From the IMG/VR virus record IMGVR_UViG_3300044844_000428: a stretch of DNA of 64,000 nt; one strand, given 5' to 3'. The notes beneath the pieces are model-generated. The model saw only the letters and a program-made list of their open reading frames with translations, was not told the DNA's origin and did no database searches. The translations under genes were made by a program, and so were the position numbers. Source of the DNA: a virus. Each line of letters starts with the position of its first letter. Position 1 is the stretch's first letter. Of the stretch, positions 41,697 through 52,028 are shown in pieces.

Positions 41697-42689
41697 TTAG
41701 TTAATATTCCTATAAGCATATTCTATTGCTCTAGATGACTCGGTATGAAGAGGACGCTTAGAATAACAGTTAGAAGTATTTCTATCTAATTGTCGGATTA
41801 ATTCTTCCAATTGCACAGCATTCAATGGATACTTTCTTCTTATAGCATTACAAGCAATACTTGTCATGATTTTATACATCATCGCATATCTTCCAGAACC
41901 ATCGGTATGTGCTATAGAACTATACTCGTCAATCATTTTTTTATTTACGAACGGACAATCCTCATAAGAAGACCATGAATAATTCTTATGCGAGATTTCC
42001 TCAAGCATATCTGCTCTTTGAGCTAGTATCATTTTTTGAATATCTGACGGCATCTGTTCTAATATACTCAGAGGTCCTCGCGGTTGCTCATACTGATGAT
42101 TGAACATTAATCTATCAGGGTCTATAATCTCACCAATATTAGTAAAGATAAAATTATAAGCATTAGGATAAATCGCAGGCACGTAATACATTCTGGAAAG
42201 ATCCTTTGTTTGACCATCACCAAGATCGTCAAACTCTCTATTCAAGGCAAACCAAAAATGTTTTATCTTTTCCTTTTTAACAGAACCAGTTAATGGAAAT
42301 ACTAGTCTAAATTTAGGATGTTCTACCGTTGACCCTGATGTAGAATAGCATACAAAATAGGTCTTTCCATATTTCTCACTTAACTCTTCTTTAAGGTTTC
42401 CTTTAAAGACATGGTTATCAATATCAAGTGCAGCCCAACCAGACCATTCTACAACAGCATCATTAGAACGAGTTGTTCCTTCTCTATAAGAAGCTGGTGT
42501 GATTAAGGGAGAAGCCTTAACACCTTTAGGCGCTCTGAATTCTCCCTTCTTCAGTTTATAACCTGGAAGTTTTGACATGCCATATAGCATTTTCTCAAAA
42601 GACTCCCAGGTGTTATGGCTTACTTGACGGTGAGTTTTGTTGTCGTATATCGATGCAAAGGCCGTCAGAGAATACATATCAATCCGCAA
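41697..42689 (-). CDS. AEP/prim-pol-like primase
   Basis: ALDID, YSTS, PKFRLVFPL, D...KD.SRMYYVP. Confidence 0.7.
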   Translation of the reverse strand: MRIDMYSLTAFASIYDNKTHRQVSHNTWESFEKMLYGMSKLPGYKLKKGEFRAPKGVKASPLITPASYREGTTRSNDAVVEWSGWAALDIDNHVFKGNLKEELSEKYGKTYFVCYSTSGSTVEHPKFRLVFPLTGSVKKEKIKHFWFALNREFDDLGDGQTKDLSRMYYVPAIYPNAYNFIFTNIGEIIDPDRLMFNHQYEQPRGPLSILEQMPSDIQKMILAQRADMLEEISHKNYSWSSYEDCPFVNKKMIDEYSSIAHTDGSGRYAMMYKIMTSIACNAIRRKYPLNAVQLEELIRQLDRNTSNCYSKRPLHTESSRAIEYAYRNIN

Positions 42690-43086
42690 ACACTATATCT
42701 AATAAACCAACATTATCTACATGTGATGGAGCAACCCAACCTTCTGGTTTAATTAGATCAGGTAATCCAAAAGGATTGGGTCTACCTTCCTTAATTCCTA
42801 CTTCTTTAACAATATTAGCATCATACACTCTTTGCCAGGCTTTAACAGAGTCAACCTGGTACACATCTAATGTACCTACTGCGAATACTATTAGATCTAT
42901 TAAGGCATCTACCGCATCATCAGCAGTTTCAGCGTGTTTAAGTTCATCTAATTCTTCCTGCAAACAGCCAATTCTAAAATCCAGAAATGCTGTTAATCTT
43001 TCTTTATCAAACTTATTAACTGCGGTGTTAACACCAAACTTAACGTGCATGTCAGAAATATCTTTTACAAAATTTGTACTCATATT
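42679..43086 (-). CDS. MazG-like (PRA-PH type) dNTP pyrophosphohydrolase
   Basis: LQEELDE, DALIDL, V..AN..K, DLIKPEGW..P. Confidence 0.8.
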   Translation of the reverse strand, partial: NMSTNFVKDISDMHVKFGVNTAVNKFDKERLTAFLDFRIGCLQEELDELKHAETADDAVDALIDLIVFAVGTLDVYQVDSVKAWQRVYDANIVKEVGIKEGRPNPFGLPDLIKPEGWVAPSHVDNVGLLDIVFAD

Positions 43087-43133
43087 AAACTCCAAAAAAT
43101 TAATTATAATTCAAAATGCCATATTTGTAAACA

Positions 43134-43289
43134 TTATTTCTTTTTGCTTCCATCACCTCTAGCGCCACAAATTGTACATGCCTTTGCAATACCCTTATCT
43201 TGAGTCCATACTCGTTGACCTTTCCCATAAGTTTCAGTTTGGTATTTTGCAGCAGGTGTATTATCTGGGCAGTTGCAAGATTTGATCAT
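43134..43289 (-). CDS. Small Zn-binding protein
   Basis: Below cutoff; MIKSCNC...YG.G.RV...CTICG; AGGAG SD. Confidence 0.6.
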   Translation of the reverse strand: MIKSCNCPDNTPAAKYQTETYGKGQRVWTQDKGIAKACTICGARGDGSKKK

Positions 43290-43343
43290 TTTAAACTCCT
43301 AATAAGAATTGTGATAATTTGATTAATAAGACATGAATGCTAT

Positions 43344-43901
43344 CTAAGCGTTTTCTACTGTCTTTTGTTTCTGTACTCGTTTTTTTCCAGAGACTGGTGG
43401 GTTCGATTCTGACTTTGGGATTGGTGCTGGTTTGACCTCCTTATTCTTTACAGAATTTCTATATTCGGTTTCATCAATACCATGCGGCCAAATGAAGAAT
43501 CCTGCATCGACTACTTTGTCTAGTGTAATGTTAGGATAGAGATCTGGTATAGTCTGGTCCTTAATAGCTAATACTAATTTTGATTCTAATGGATGTAATT
43601 CTTCTAAGAGTTGAATGAACAGCTGTTCGCGTCTTAGTTTATTCAAATCTGCTTTCATGAATCTTTCAAACTTTTTAATCTCCATCCAGAGATTTGCCCT
43701 TGCCATACCGACAGGAGCAGCATCTTCTCTGTAAGGTGGAGTTCCTTCAGGCAAAAGCCACTTACCTTTTGGAATAAACCCATAACCAAATAGCATTTTA
43801 AGGCCTTCATTACTGCAATTCTGCTTTAATAATGCAAGAGTATCACCATCATTAAATCGTTGTAACATTTCTGGTACGCTTTCACGTTTATTCAATTCCA
43901 T
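43344..43901 (-). CDS. Conserved T4-like hypothetical protein
   Basis: LPEG.PPY, RREQLFIQLLE.LHP.E; adjacent to rnh. Confidence 0.7.
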   Translation of the reverse strand: MELNKRESVPEMLQRFNDGDTLALLKQNCSNEGLKMLFGYGFIPKGKWLLPEGTPPYREDAAPVGMARANLWMEIKKFERFMKADLNKLRREQLFIQLLEELHPLESKLVLAIKDQTIPDLYPNITLDKVVDAGFFIWPHGIDETEYRNSVKNKEVKPAPIPKSESNPPVSGKKRVQKQKTVENA

Positions 43902-43916
43902 AATTTTCCTTTGTTG

Positions 43917-44810
43917 TTAGAAACTATCAATATCGTTTAGTAGTAGTCTCATTCTGTTTTTGACTAAGTAGTTAAATATTTCACTCTTATTACCTTTAGC
44001 AGGTTCATTAAAGGCCTTCAGTATAGACTCTTCAATATCTATTGGAATTTTATCAAATGAGATTAACAATTCATTTCGATGCCAATTTCTGATTTCGTCT
44101 TCTGTTTTGCAAGCTCCAATTCCGTGTTTTATGAATTCTTCCAATCTAGGTTTAGTCATTGACTTTTGTCTAATCTTGTCAATAAAACTATTATCAACAC
44201 TTAGTATATTGGGAATTCCGTCGCTAGCATCTCCCTTTGCAATATGTTCATTAATAAAGTCCAGTACCTTTGGAGGTTTCTCGACATACTTCTTAAACAT
44301 TGGACTATATTGTTTAATATTGGAATACTTATGCAATTGCTTAAAGTCCTTATCAGAACTTATAATAAGAGTTCTTTTAGGAATAGGTTCAATGCCTTCA
44401 GACATTAAATCATTAGTCTGAGTCCATTTTGATAGACAAGCAATAATGTCATCAGCTTCTGCTCTTTCAATCCTAATGACTTTATAAGGAAAATACTTTT
44501 GTAAGTCTTCTCTCGTTTCAGACAAAATCTCAAATACAAATTTCCAATCTAGTTTAGAATCGTCTCTAGCTTTTTTTCTTGCTGCTTTATAAGGAGCAAA
44601 TTCAGATTTTCTCCAATAATTAAATCCGTCGCAGGCTAATACTACATCATTACCAAATTCAGATTCAAATTTTTTCTTATTGGAAAGGATACTAGTAAGA
44701 ATTGCGTGTCTAATAATATCCTTATTCTTTTCTACATCATCTGAAGTGAGATCCTTTTCAAACATAAAGATAGATGCCAATGCCACTTGTGAATAGTCGA
44801 TAATAATCAA
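43917..44810 (-). CDS. rnh: RNase H / 5'-3' exonuclease
   Basis: IIIDYSQ, WRK..F..YK..R, EADDII, SSDKDF.QL, GD.SDGIPN. Confidence 0.93.
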   Translation of the reverse strand: MIIIDYSQVALASIFMFEKDLTSDDVEKNKDIIRHAILTSILSNKKKFESEFGNDVVLACDGFNYWRKSEFAPYKAARKKARDDSKLDWKFVFEILSETREDLQKYFPYKVIRIERAEADDIIACLSKWTQTNDLMSEGIEPIPKRTLIISSDKDFKQLHKYSNIKQYSPMFKKYVEKPPKVLDFINEHIAKGDASDGIPNILSVDNSFIDKIRQKSMTKPRLEEFIKHGIGACKTEDEIRNWHRNELLISFDKIPIDIEESILKAFNEPAKGNKSEIFNYLVKNRMRLLLNDIDSF

Positions 44811-44822
44811 TATGTTCTCCAG

Positions 44823-45959
44823 TTATGAAAAGATTTTTAAAATAATAATATTAGCATTTGTTCTGCCATTTGGCTTCTGAGGACGAGTTGTTAATTCAGA
44901 AAATTTAATAGCAAAGTCCTTTTTATTTCCGATGAATTCCTTAATCACTTCAGGCTTTCTGATACTCTTGACCAATGAAGTTTCTACGTCAAATCCACTA
45001 ATGGATGTTCCATGTACCGATAGCTTTTGGTCCTTTACTGCTTTATAATTAAACAGTTTACGATTAACGGTATCATATAGCCACACTTCCTGGCATTCTA
45101 CTAACTTAATAGGATTTTCAGATTTGATATTAAGTTCTTCAAATTTTGGAAGATATTTAAGATTCTTTACTAATTCTCCAGGTGATTTCTGTTTAATCAC
45201 TTTTGGCTTTCTGATGCTAACAACATGTTGAGAACACGATGATATTAAATCCTTTAGCATTTTTAAGAAATGTTTCAATTGTGCCGTCTTGACATGCGAA
45301 TATGCTTCATTTAATTGATCACAGGATCCTTCTAGTGCTTCTTCAATCTCCATTATTAGTGGCTTATATAAAGGAGGAACCTGTTTAGCAGCTGATCCAC
45401 TAATAGTCTTTACCGAATTTTTGAATTCGAATGTTCTAGGATATCCAGATTTTATAAACTCATCTATCTCACCATCAATTTCACAAGCAAACTGAATTGC
45501 TTCTAATTTATTCTTATCAATAGTAACTATCGGTTTAGACTTAGGAGCAATGCCATTCTCTTTTATTTCTTTAGGAGTAGTAGCAATTTTTTCTAATTGA
45601 GAAATTCTATCGCTAATGAATTTTAATTCTTTGTCATCGAGATATTGTCCATTGTCTCTTAAGCGAATTAACACTCCTAGTTGTCTAAATAGAGAGTCGT
45701 CTAGGTTTGACAATAACAACCTTTGTTTCTTATCTTCAATTGATGCTAGAGTCCATTTCTTTTTGTCTATGTTTGATGCATAAACATTAAACCAATTTAA
45801 AGCATGCATCAAATCTAGTCTGTAATTCAGAAATGATATTTGTGGTTCTCCGACGCCTTTGAACTTTGCGTCTACTCTGTCTATAAGAGATCTACGTTTT
45901 AAGGCTTGTTTTTCAGCCTTTGACGATGAGGTTGGTTTTAGTGATATGGTCTTTCCCAT
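44823..45959 (-). CDS. Conserved T4-like hypothetical protein
   Basis: ALNWFN, QL.EAYS, C-terminal PNGR.N...IIL; probable start MGKTI. Confidence 0.65.
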   Translation of the reverse strand: MGKTISLKPTSSSKAEKQALKRRSLIDRVDAKFKGVGEPQISFLNYRLDLMHALNWFNVYASNIDKKKWTLASIEDKKQRLLLSNLDDSLFRQLGVLIRLRDNGQYLDDKELKFISDRISQLEKIATTPKEIKENGIAPKSKPIVTIDKNKLEAIQFACEIDGEIDEFIKSGYPRTFEFKNSVKTISGSAAKQVPPLYKPLIMEIEEALEGSCDQLNEAYSHVKTAQLKHFLKMLKDLISSCSQHVVSIRKPKVIKQKSPGELVKNLKYLPKFEELNIKSENPIKLVECQEVWLYDTVNRKLFNYKAVKDQKLSVHGTSISGFDVETSLVKSIRKPEVIKEFIGNKKDFAIKFSELTTRPQKPNGRTNANIIILKIFS

Positions 45960-46019
45960 GGTTGATCTCGGTAAGTTTAATAAAGGTCTATTATAACACA
46001 TCCTTGTGTTATGTACACA

Positions 46020-46271
46020 CTATTTTACAATAGATTCGTATAATAGTGCAAGCTCTTCTTGTTCGTTCTCAACTTCAGTATAATTCTGCTTATGGAATAT
46101 TTGCGCCATTTTACGAAGAATTTTCTTGTCAATTTCAAAGTCTTCAGAAAGTGCTTGAATAGTTTCGTTAATAAGATCGCGTTCCGCTGAAATCCGAGTA
46201 TATGAATTGGAAATTTCAGATAACATAGTACGGATTTTTTCTTGGTCTTTTGGATTTGAAATGGTTGTCAT
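46020..46271 (-). CDS. dsDNA-binding protein (T4 DsbA-like)
   Basis: RI.AERDLI, F.IDKKILRKMA..FHKQN, LYE. Confidence 0.65.
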   Translation of the reverse strand: MTTISNPKDQEKIRTMLSEISNSYTRISAERDLINETIQALSEDFEIDKKILRKMAQIFHKQNYTEVENEQEELALLYESIVK

Positions 46272-46763
46272 AATATATTCCTATTAGTCAGATGAGCAAG
46301 ATGAAGATGAGTCAGAACATGAAGATGAATCAGAACTATAAGCACAATCATAAGAAGTTGCAAATGATGAACTGCTAATAATATTATTAGTGATGTATGG
46401 ATTGGGTATCACGGTTGAAACTATATTAGCATTAGTAACTACGTTAGAATAGTCAAAGGAACCTGAAGTAACTTTAGCAGTAGTAGCAGGATACTTAAGA
46501 TGTTGTGTAATATCTTCTTGTAGTAGATGAATATTATTACTAAATCTAATGCTTCTCTCTTCAAGTAGAACAATTCTATCCTCTAGATTTTTATTCTCGC
46601 GTTTTAGATTGTCGTACTTAACATGCAGATTAGCAAGGTTGTTTGCTAATTCTTGTATCTTTTTTTCGTTAGTAAACCAGACCATATTATAATCCTTTCA
46701 GTGTGTAGATAGTTAACCAGATTCCAGTAGCAATAGTAGCACCAGTTACCAAGTATAATAAAA

Positions 46764-47015
46764 TCATTGTGGTTCTCCATTGATAAAATTTACATTAGCA
46801 AAATTGAATGAGCGCCATCCGTCATTCTCAATGTCGTATACTGCAATAGCATCAGTTGTCGATTCTTTACGTTCTTTCTGTTCAGTAGATTCACGAATCG
46901 GCAATTTGTCAGGATCCAATGTTCCTACCAATATTCTGTCAGTTCCATCCTTTTTCGTAAAGTTAATAGTAACTTCTGATATTTTTAATTGGTTAATCAA
47001 ATCTTCTTTAGTCAT
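46764..47015 (-). CDS. WYL-like/DUF2693 SH3-fold protein
   Basis: FTKKDGT.R...GTL, VYD....WRSF. Confidence 0.7.
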   Translation of the reverse strand: MTKEDLINQLKISEVTINFTKKDGTDRILVGTLDPDKLPIRESTEQKERKESTTDAIAVYDIENDGWRSFNFANVNFINGEPQ

Positions 47016-47678
47016 TTTCATTCTCCATTTCACGTTTCAATAATTTAGTTAGAGACTTTTGGTCTCTCTTATAATCAGTTTTCAATCTAACAACTTTATG
47101 TCGATATTTTGGGTCCGACAATTCTGCCTTTACCCAGTTATGTTTATAATCGACTATTTCTTCCACCGCGTCCATCTATTACATCTCCCATGAAAGTACA
47201 TCTTTTTGTTTCTTCCTACTAATAGTTTATATAATCTATTAACATTTATCTTTCGTTTGGGAATCCTATCAACCCTATTACCAAGCATTTTTAACAGTAT
47301 GTCAAATTTCTTCATTCATAACCTTAATATAATAATCAGCCAATTGTAAAATTAATTCCTTTACAGATTCTTCAGTTACTGTAATGTAAGGATCAAATTC
47401 CAACCCGTATAATCTATCTCCATTGTCGTAATTACCTATTGCATATTTAGAACTAACTTCTGACTTACCTATTTTTCTAACAATGGTATCCAATCCATGT
47501 GATCTTTTAACGACTTCATGCTTTCCAAATGATTCACCTTCAGAAAATTCACCATAATGTTTCTGTAACATCATTAGAAAGATTGGAATATGTTTAAGCT
47601 TAACAGCAATGCTATCGTCTTCATCAATAATATTGATTCGTTTCTTTGATGGGTGAGTTTCAATAATCATAATAGATC

Positions 47679-48962
47679 CTATTTAATGTGGTTTATTGTA
47701 TCAGCAGTATCACGGTCAAAGCGAATTTCCAAATATCGTGGCAAGAATAATGACCAAGTATCAGAACCTTTTGATTTGATTTTGGCGTTGTATTTCACAT
47801 CAATGATTTTACCAATGAAATCCGTACGGATTCTATCTTCATCAGTCAATCCTGAACCAACGTTTACCATTAATTCACCATCTTCAGATTCACAAATCAA
47901 AGAACCAATCTGACCTTCATATTTACCATTACCATGTTGAATACCTACTACGTGTAAGGATGCGGTTTCTTCACCTTTAAATTTAATCTGAGTTTGAGAT
48001 CGTTTTGGTTCCCAGATGTTGTCAGTATTTTTAAGGATGATACCTTCATATCCTTTGGAATAATAATTTTCATAGACAATTTTAGCTTCATCTAAAGATC
48101 TGACCTCTATACTTGGAACTATATTGATTTTGCCGCGAAGATTCAGACTGATAAGACGATTATATCTGTGTACATAAATCATTGAATCTTTACCAGCAAT
48201 CCAATTATCATACGAGATAATATCCCATACTGTCATAGTAACTAACTTAGCTTCTTCTTCGCTTATAGTACCTTTATTCGCTTTATTAAGAATGCCATTA
48301 CCAGTTTGTCTATCGACTACCTTGCTATCTTTAGTAACCAACAGTTCACCATCAAAAACAACATCTAATCCACGAGCAGCATCAATGAATTCTTGTTCAA
48401 GATTACCAAGCAAATCAAAGGTTTTTCCATTGCGTGAATAGAAAGTTACTGTATTGTCTTTAACAACTGCATTACATCGCAATCCATCCATTTTTAATTG
48501 AGCCATAGCAGGGTATTTTATCTTTGCTAAAACTTTATCACTCAATGGAGAGCAAAGCATAACATCAAAGGTAGGAATTAAATCTTTCCATATTTTATTA
48601 ACAGTAGGAATACCAATTCCGCAACCTAAATCTTTCTTAATGATGCATTCAATAACGAATGCATCTCTTGCAGAAACTGATGAAAGTATATTTGACAAAA
48701 ATTCAATAGCTTTATTTCCAGTAACTTTTCTATCAGCTAAGTCATTTAGTTGTTCAAGAGCTTCTTTTAAGTCTAAATTTCCTGACGTAGAATACGCTGG
48801 AATTTTCCTTTGATAATAATTGATGTGAGGAGCAAATGTTCTAGTAAGTACGGATCTCAAAAGGTCATTATTGACGTTTGCTTCTAAAATGGTTTCTTTT
48901 CCTAGTCGGGAATTGGTAGATCTTAACTGCTCAATAATAGAATAAATCATAATATTTTCCAA
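47679..48962 (-). CDS. 30: ATP-dependent DNA ligase gp30
   Basis: KMDGLR, FDGEL, EGIILK, KRS, VGSG, LFLP. Confidence 0.93.
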   Translation of the reverse strand: MENIMIYSIIEQLRSTNSRLGKETILEANVNNDLLRSVLTRTFAPHINYYQRKIPAYSTSGNLDLKEALEQLNDLADRKVTGNKAIEFLSNILSSVSARDAFVIECIIKKDLGCGIGIPTVNKIWKDLIPTFDVMLCSPLSDKVLAKIKYPAMAQLKMDGLRCNAVVKDNTVTFYSRNGKTFDLLGNLEQEFIDAARGLDVVFDGELLVTKDSKVVDRQTGNGILNKANKGTISEEEAKLVTMTVWDIISYDNWIAGKDSMIYVHRYNRLISLNLRGKINIVPSIEVRSLDEAKIVYENYYSKGYEGIILKNTDNIWEPKRSQTQIKFKGEETASLHVVGIQHGNGKYEGQIGSLICESEDGELMVNVGSGLTDEDRIRTDFIGKIIDVKYNAKIKSKGSDTWSLFLPRYLEIRFDRDTADTINHIK

Positions 48963-49938
48963 GTTGTTTAAAATTACATTATATCACAAATTTTGTTATT
49001 GTACACATTTTAAATCTTCAGGAATCTCTGGTGTTGTTTTGTATTCCCACCATTCCGAACCATCGTATTCACCTCGTTCCATCCATGAACCGTCATCAAA
49101 CCATACTGTGCCATGTAAATGCTGGCCGCCATGTCCATTGTTATAGTCAAAATCCAATTCTTCTAAAAATGACAAGAATTCATCCAATTCAAATCCTATT
49201 GGCAGAGAAGAATAGGAATGAGATTCCTTATAATGACTTTCGTATGTTACCAATGCGCACTTTACAGATACCGAATACCTTTTTGCAATATTGTCAAGTT
49301 CTTTTACAAGTTCTTTCTTTGCATTTATCATTTAAGCCACCAATCTATAGTCATCAATGTATTCGTCATCACGATTCACTTCCAAATCATCTAAGTATGT
49401 TCCATCGAATTCTGTTCCGAATACCATTTCTTTGAAATTTTCCATAATGAATTTAGTACAGAAGTCAGAGAATGATAAGTCATGATTTGAATATGTGTAA
49501 TAGTGTTCAACACATCTTCTAATACGCGATGCTTCATTGTCAAGATCATCAAGATTTTTATATTCCACCTTATTTGATCTTGAAAAGGCAATAGTCTTGT
49601 ATGCTTTTTCAAGTTCATACGGAGTGGTTTGACGCGTAGTCGGCATCGCAGATACAAATTTCTTTTCACCTTTTCTCATAGTATTCCACGCCTCGTGTTG
49701 GTGGTTTATGCTTCAATGCCGATACTGGCAAATTCAGCAATAACATCTTCTGAATATTTTTCAGAAGATAAGGTACCAATAATACTATTCTCTATATAAG
49801 AATCCAGCAAGTCCTGATTATCATAATCTTGGAAATCAAGACCATTCTCTATCATCGTTAGCCTGGCATTGTGTTCAGCGGCCATTACTATTAAAATGGC
49901 CTCGTTGTCTTTTAATGCTTTATAGTTTTTCATAATTA

Positions 49939-50289
49939 AATTCCTCATTGGTTATTTGGTATGAGTCTATTATATCAAGATTTCAATAATAGTACACTAT
50001 TATTTTATTTAATTTCACATCTTTGTGATAAGATATCCATCTGTGCTTTGGTAAGATTCATACTTTTCAGAAGATTGCTGAATGAAGATTCATAATAACC
50101 AGTAACATAAGCATAGTTCACCGTTTTATCAATATTCCAACTAGCGTTTTGAGATGATTCTTTTGCATTTTCAAACAAAGTATCTAGAAGGGTTTGGATC
50201 CGTTGTTCTTTATTCATGTGTAATTCCTCATTGGTTATTTGGTATGAGTCTATTATATCAAGATTTCAATAATAGTGTACTATTATTTT
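49939..50289. repeat. 68-bp direct repeat (49939-50006 / 50222-50289) flanking a 70-aa gene
   Basis: 66/68 identical; contains promoter, leader and SD. Confidence 0.9.
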
Positions 50290-50300
50290 CACCGGACAAT

Positions 50301-50323
50301 AAAAAGCCGGCAATTATACCGGC
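50301..50323 (-). terminator. Intrinsic terminator
   Basis: Minus strand GCCGG-N8-CCGGC-TTTTT. Confidence 0.7.
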
Positions 50324-50347
50324 AAATTTTTCAGCATTTATATTCTT

Positions 50348-50848
50348 CTATTTGTAAACTAAATACTGCACATCATTCATTATAATTCGGTGTGAAAAAG
50401 TAAGCCCTAGTTTATTTGCTAATTTTATTGAAGCAAAGTTAAGTTCATCTACATGATATATGATAGGACCATAGTGTTCCATGAACAGTTTACAAGCCTC
50501 ATAAGCAATACCTTTATTTCTGTATTCTTTAAGAATGATAATGGAACCAATCTTATAATACTCAAAATCCTCAACCTCAAAGTTGAATTTTTCTTCTTCT
50601 GTGAATGTGTTTCTTGGAAATGATAATCCTACTGGAATGTCATTGTATTTGATCACCATCATTGGCATTTGAGTTTCATCCAACAATCGTTCTAGTAATC
50701 TTTTCCTGAGTCTAAATTCCAGAACTCTGTCTGGTATATATTGTATTCTATCAAACCAGTCTCTACCAGTAAATTCAGATTCAAAAAATTCTCTATAGAT
50801 TGGTAGAAACTTCGGATCATAATCATAAGTAAATTCTATGGAAACCAT
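50348..50848 (-). CDS. GNAT acetyltransferase
   Basis: EYRNKGIA acetyl-CoA loop, N.ASIKLA.KLGL. Confidence 0.8.
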   Translation of the reverse strand: MVSIEFTYDYDPKFLPIYREFFESEFTGRDWFDRIQYIPDRVLEFRLRKRLLERLLDETQMPMMVIKYNDIPVGLSFPRNTFTEEEKFNFEVEDFEYYKIGSIIILKEYRNKGIAYEACKLFMEHYGPIIYHVDELNFASIKLANKLGLTFSHRIIMNDVQYLVYK

Positions 50849-51012
50849 AGGCTACTCCTTGATCTGCTTGCGTTCCTTGTCTTTCCGAATAGTTTCTTCA
50901 CTAAAGAAATCTGGGTGGTAATTTCCATCCTCATCCAGAATCTTTGCCTTATATAGCAATTCGAGTCTCTGCTCCTTTGTTAAAGGGTTTTGTTCCTTTA
51001 ATAGATTATTTA

Positions 51013-51444
51013 TCATTTGAACAAATTCTTTACATGGTTACGATGAATTTTTCCTCCGACAAAAGCATTATACCATTTTGTTGGCTGTAGTAGAACTTCA
51101 TTAACTATTTGCTCTTTCATTTCAAGATAAGAGCATTCACCCTTGGTTTGGCAGTAATGAAGAATCTCACGAGTAAAATTTTCTTCACCTAATGTCTTAA
51201 CATCGTGTTGTAATTCAATTGATGATGACCAGTATTTCATCCAGTCAGATTCAACTTTGGTTTTTACTTTTTTCTTTTTCTTTTCACCAGATTTCAATAC
51301 TACAGTCTTAATAGACGTTTTGGAAAACTTTGCTAGTTTCTTTCCGATATATTGTCTACCATCAATCTTGTTAGATATTAAGTAGACAAAGCCTTCGCAC
51401 TCTGGCAATTCGGTTACTAATTTTCCATTATGAGTCCAACTCAT
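51013..51444 (-). CDS. GIY-YIG-like nuclease domain protein
   Basis: GFVYLISN...RQYIGKK, ESDW..Y.SS, F.REIL, YN. Confidence 0.7.
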   Translation of the reverse strand: MSWTHNGKLVTELPECEGFVYLISNKIDGRQYIGKKLAKFSKTSIKTVVLKSGEKKKKKVKTKVESDWMKYWSSSIELQHDVKTLGEENFTREILHYCQTKGECSYLEMKEQIVNEVLLQPTKWYNAFVGGKIHRNHVKNLFK

Positions 51445-51590
51445 TCGTCATCCGTGTCGTCTTCATCTCTAAAGATTGGACTAGCACAGACTGGACAATA
51501 GACAACATCATTTTTTTCAACGCCATCTGTTCGTATTGTTATAATTCCTTGTGTCTCACATGAGTCACAGTCAAAGATTTGCTTTACCAT
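51441..51590 (-). CDS. Small Zn-ribbon protein
   Basis: Below cutoff; CDSC...YCPVC, acidic tail. Confidence 0.6.
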   Translation of the reverse strand: MVKQIFDCDSCETQGIITIRTDGVEKNDVVYCPVCASPIFRDEDDTDDE

Positions 51591-51604
51591 TTTTCACATC
51601 CCTG

Positions 51605-52027
51605 TTAGTTTATAGAACACCAAGATTCTTTTTTCTCTCCAAAATATGCTCTTGCATATCCGTTCTTTATTAATTCCTCTGACAGTGATTTGCCATCAAG
51701 AATAACATCTCCCAATACTCGTCCACCATATTTATCCCATTCTTTAATAGAAATTTGTTGGACTTTAGCTTCTGATACTAAGTGCTTAGTGAATTCCGAC
51801 GCAGATTTACCTTTTGCCGCTTCATCAGCACATTTAGCACGGAATCCTTTTTCTGGTGTATCAACTCCAAACACTCGAATTGATAAGACAGGTTTCAATG
51901 GCTTTGGTAAGAATTCAGCTTTGAATTCGACAGTATCACCATCAATAACCCTAGTAATAGGATAGTTGTAAACCTCGGCCGAAACCGAGGTGCTGATTAA
52001 TGTTAATAGTAATAATAATTTCTTCAT
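51605..52027 (-). CDS. Thermonuclease (SNase-like) with signal peptide
   Basis: RVIDGDT, IRVFGVDTPE, DKYGGRVL. Confidence 0.88.
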   Translation of the reverse strand: MKKLLLLLTLISTSVSAEVYNYPITRVIDGDTVEFKAEFLPKPLKPVLSIRVFGVDTPEKGFRAKCADEAAKGKSASEFTKHLVSEAKVQQISIKEWDKYGGRVLGDVILDGKSLSEELIKNGYARAYFGEKKESWCSIN

Positions 52028-52028
52028 A

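Noticed and set aside
46284-46685. Ser-rich repeat as a functional DNA repeat
   Set aside because: Explained by a low-complexity protein tail (SSDSSSCSD)
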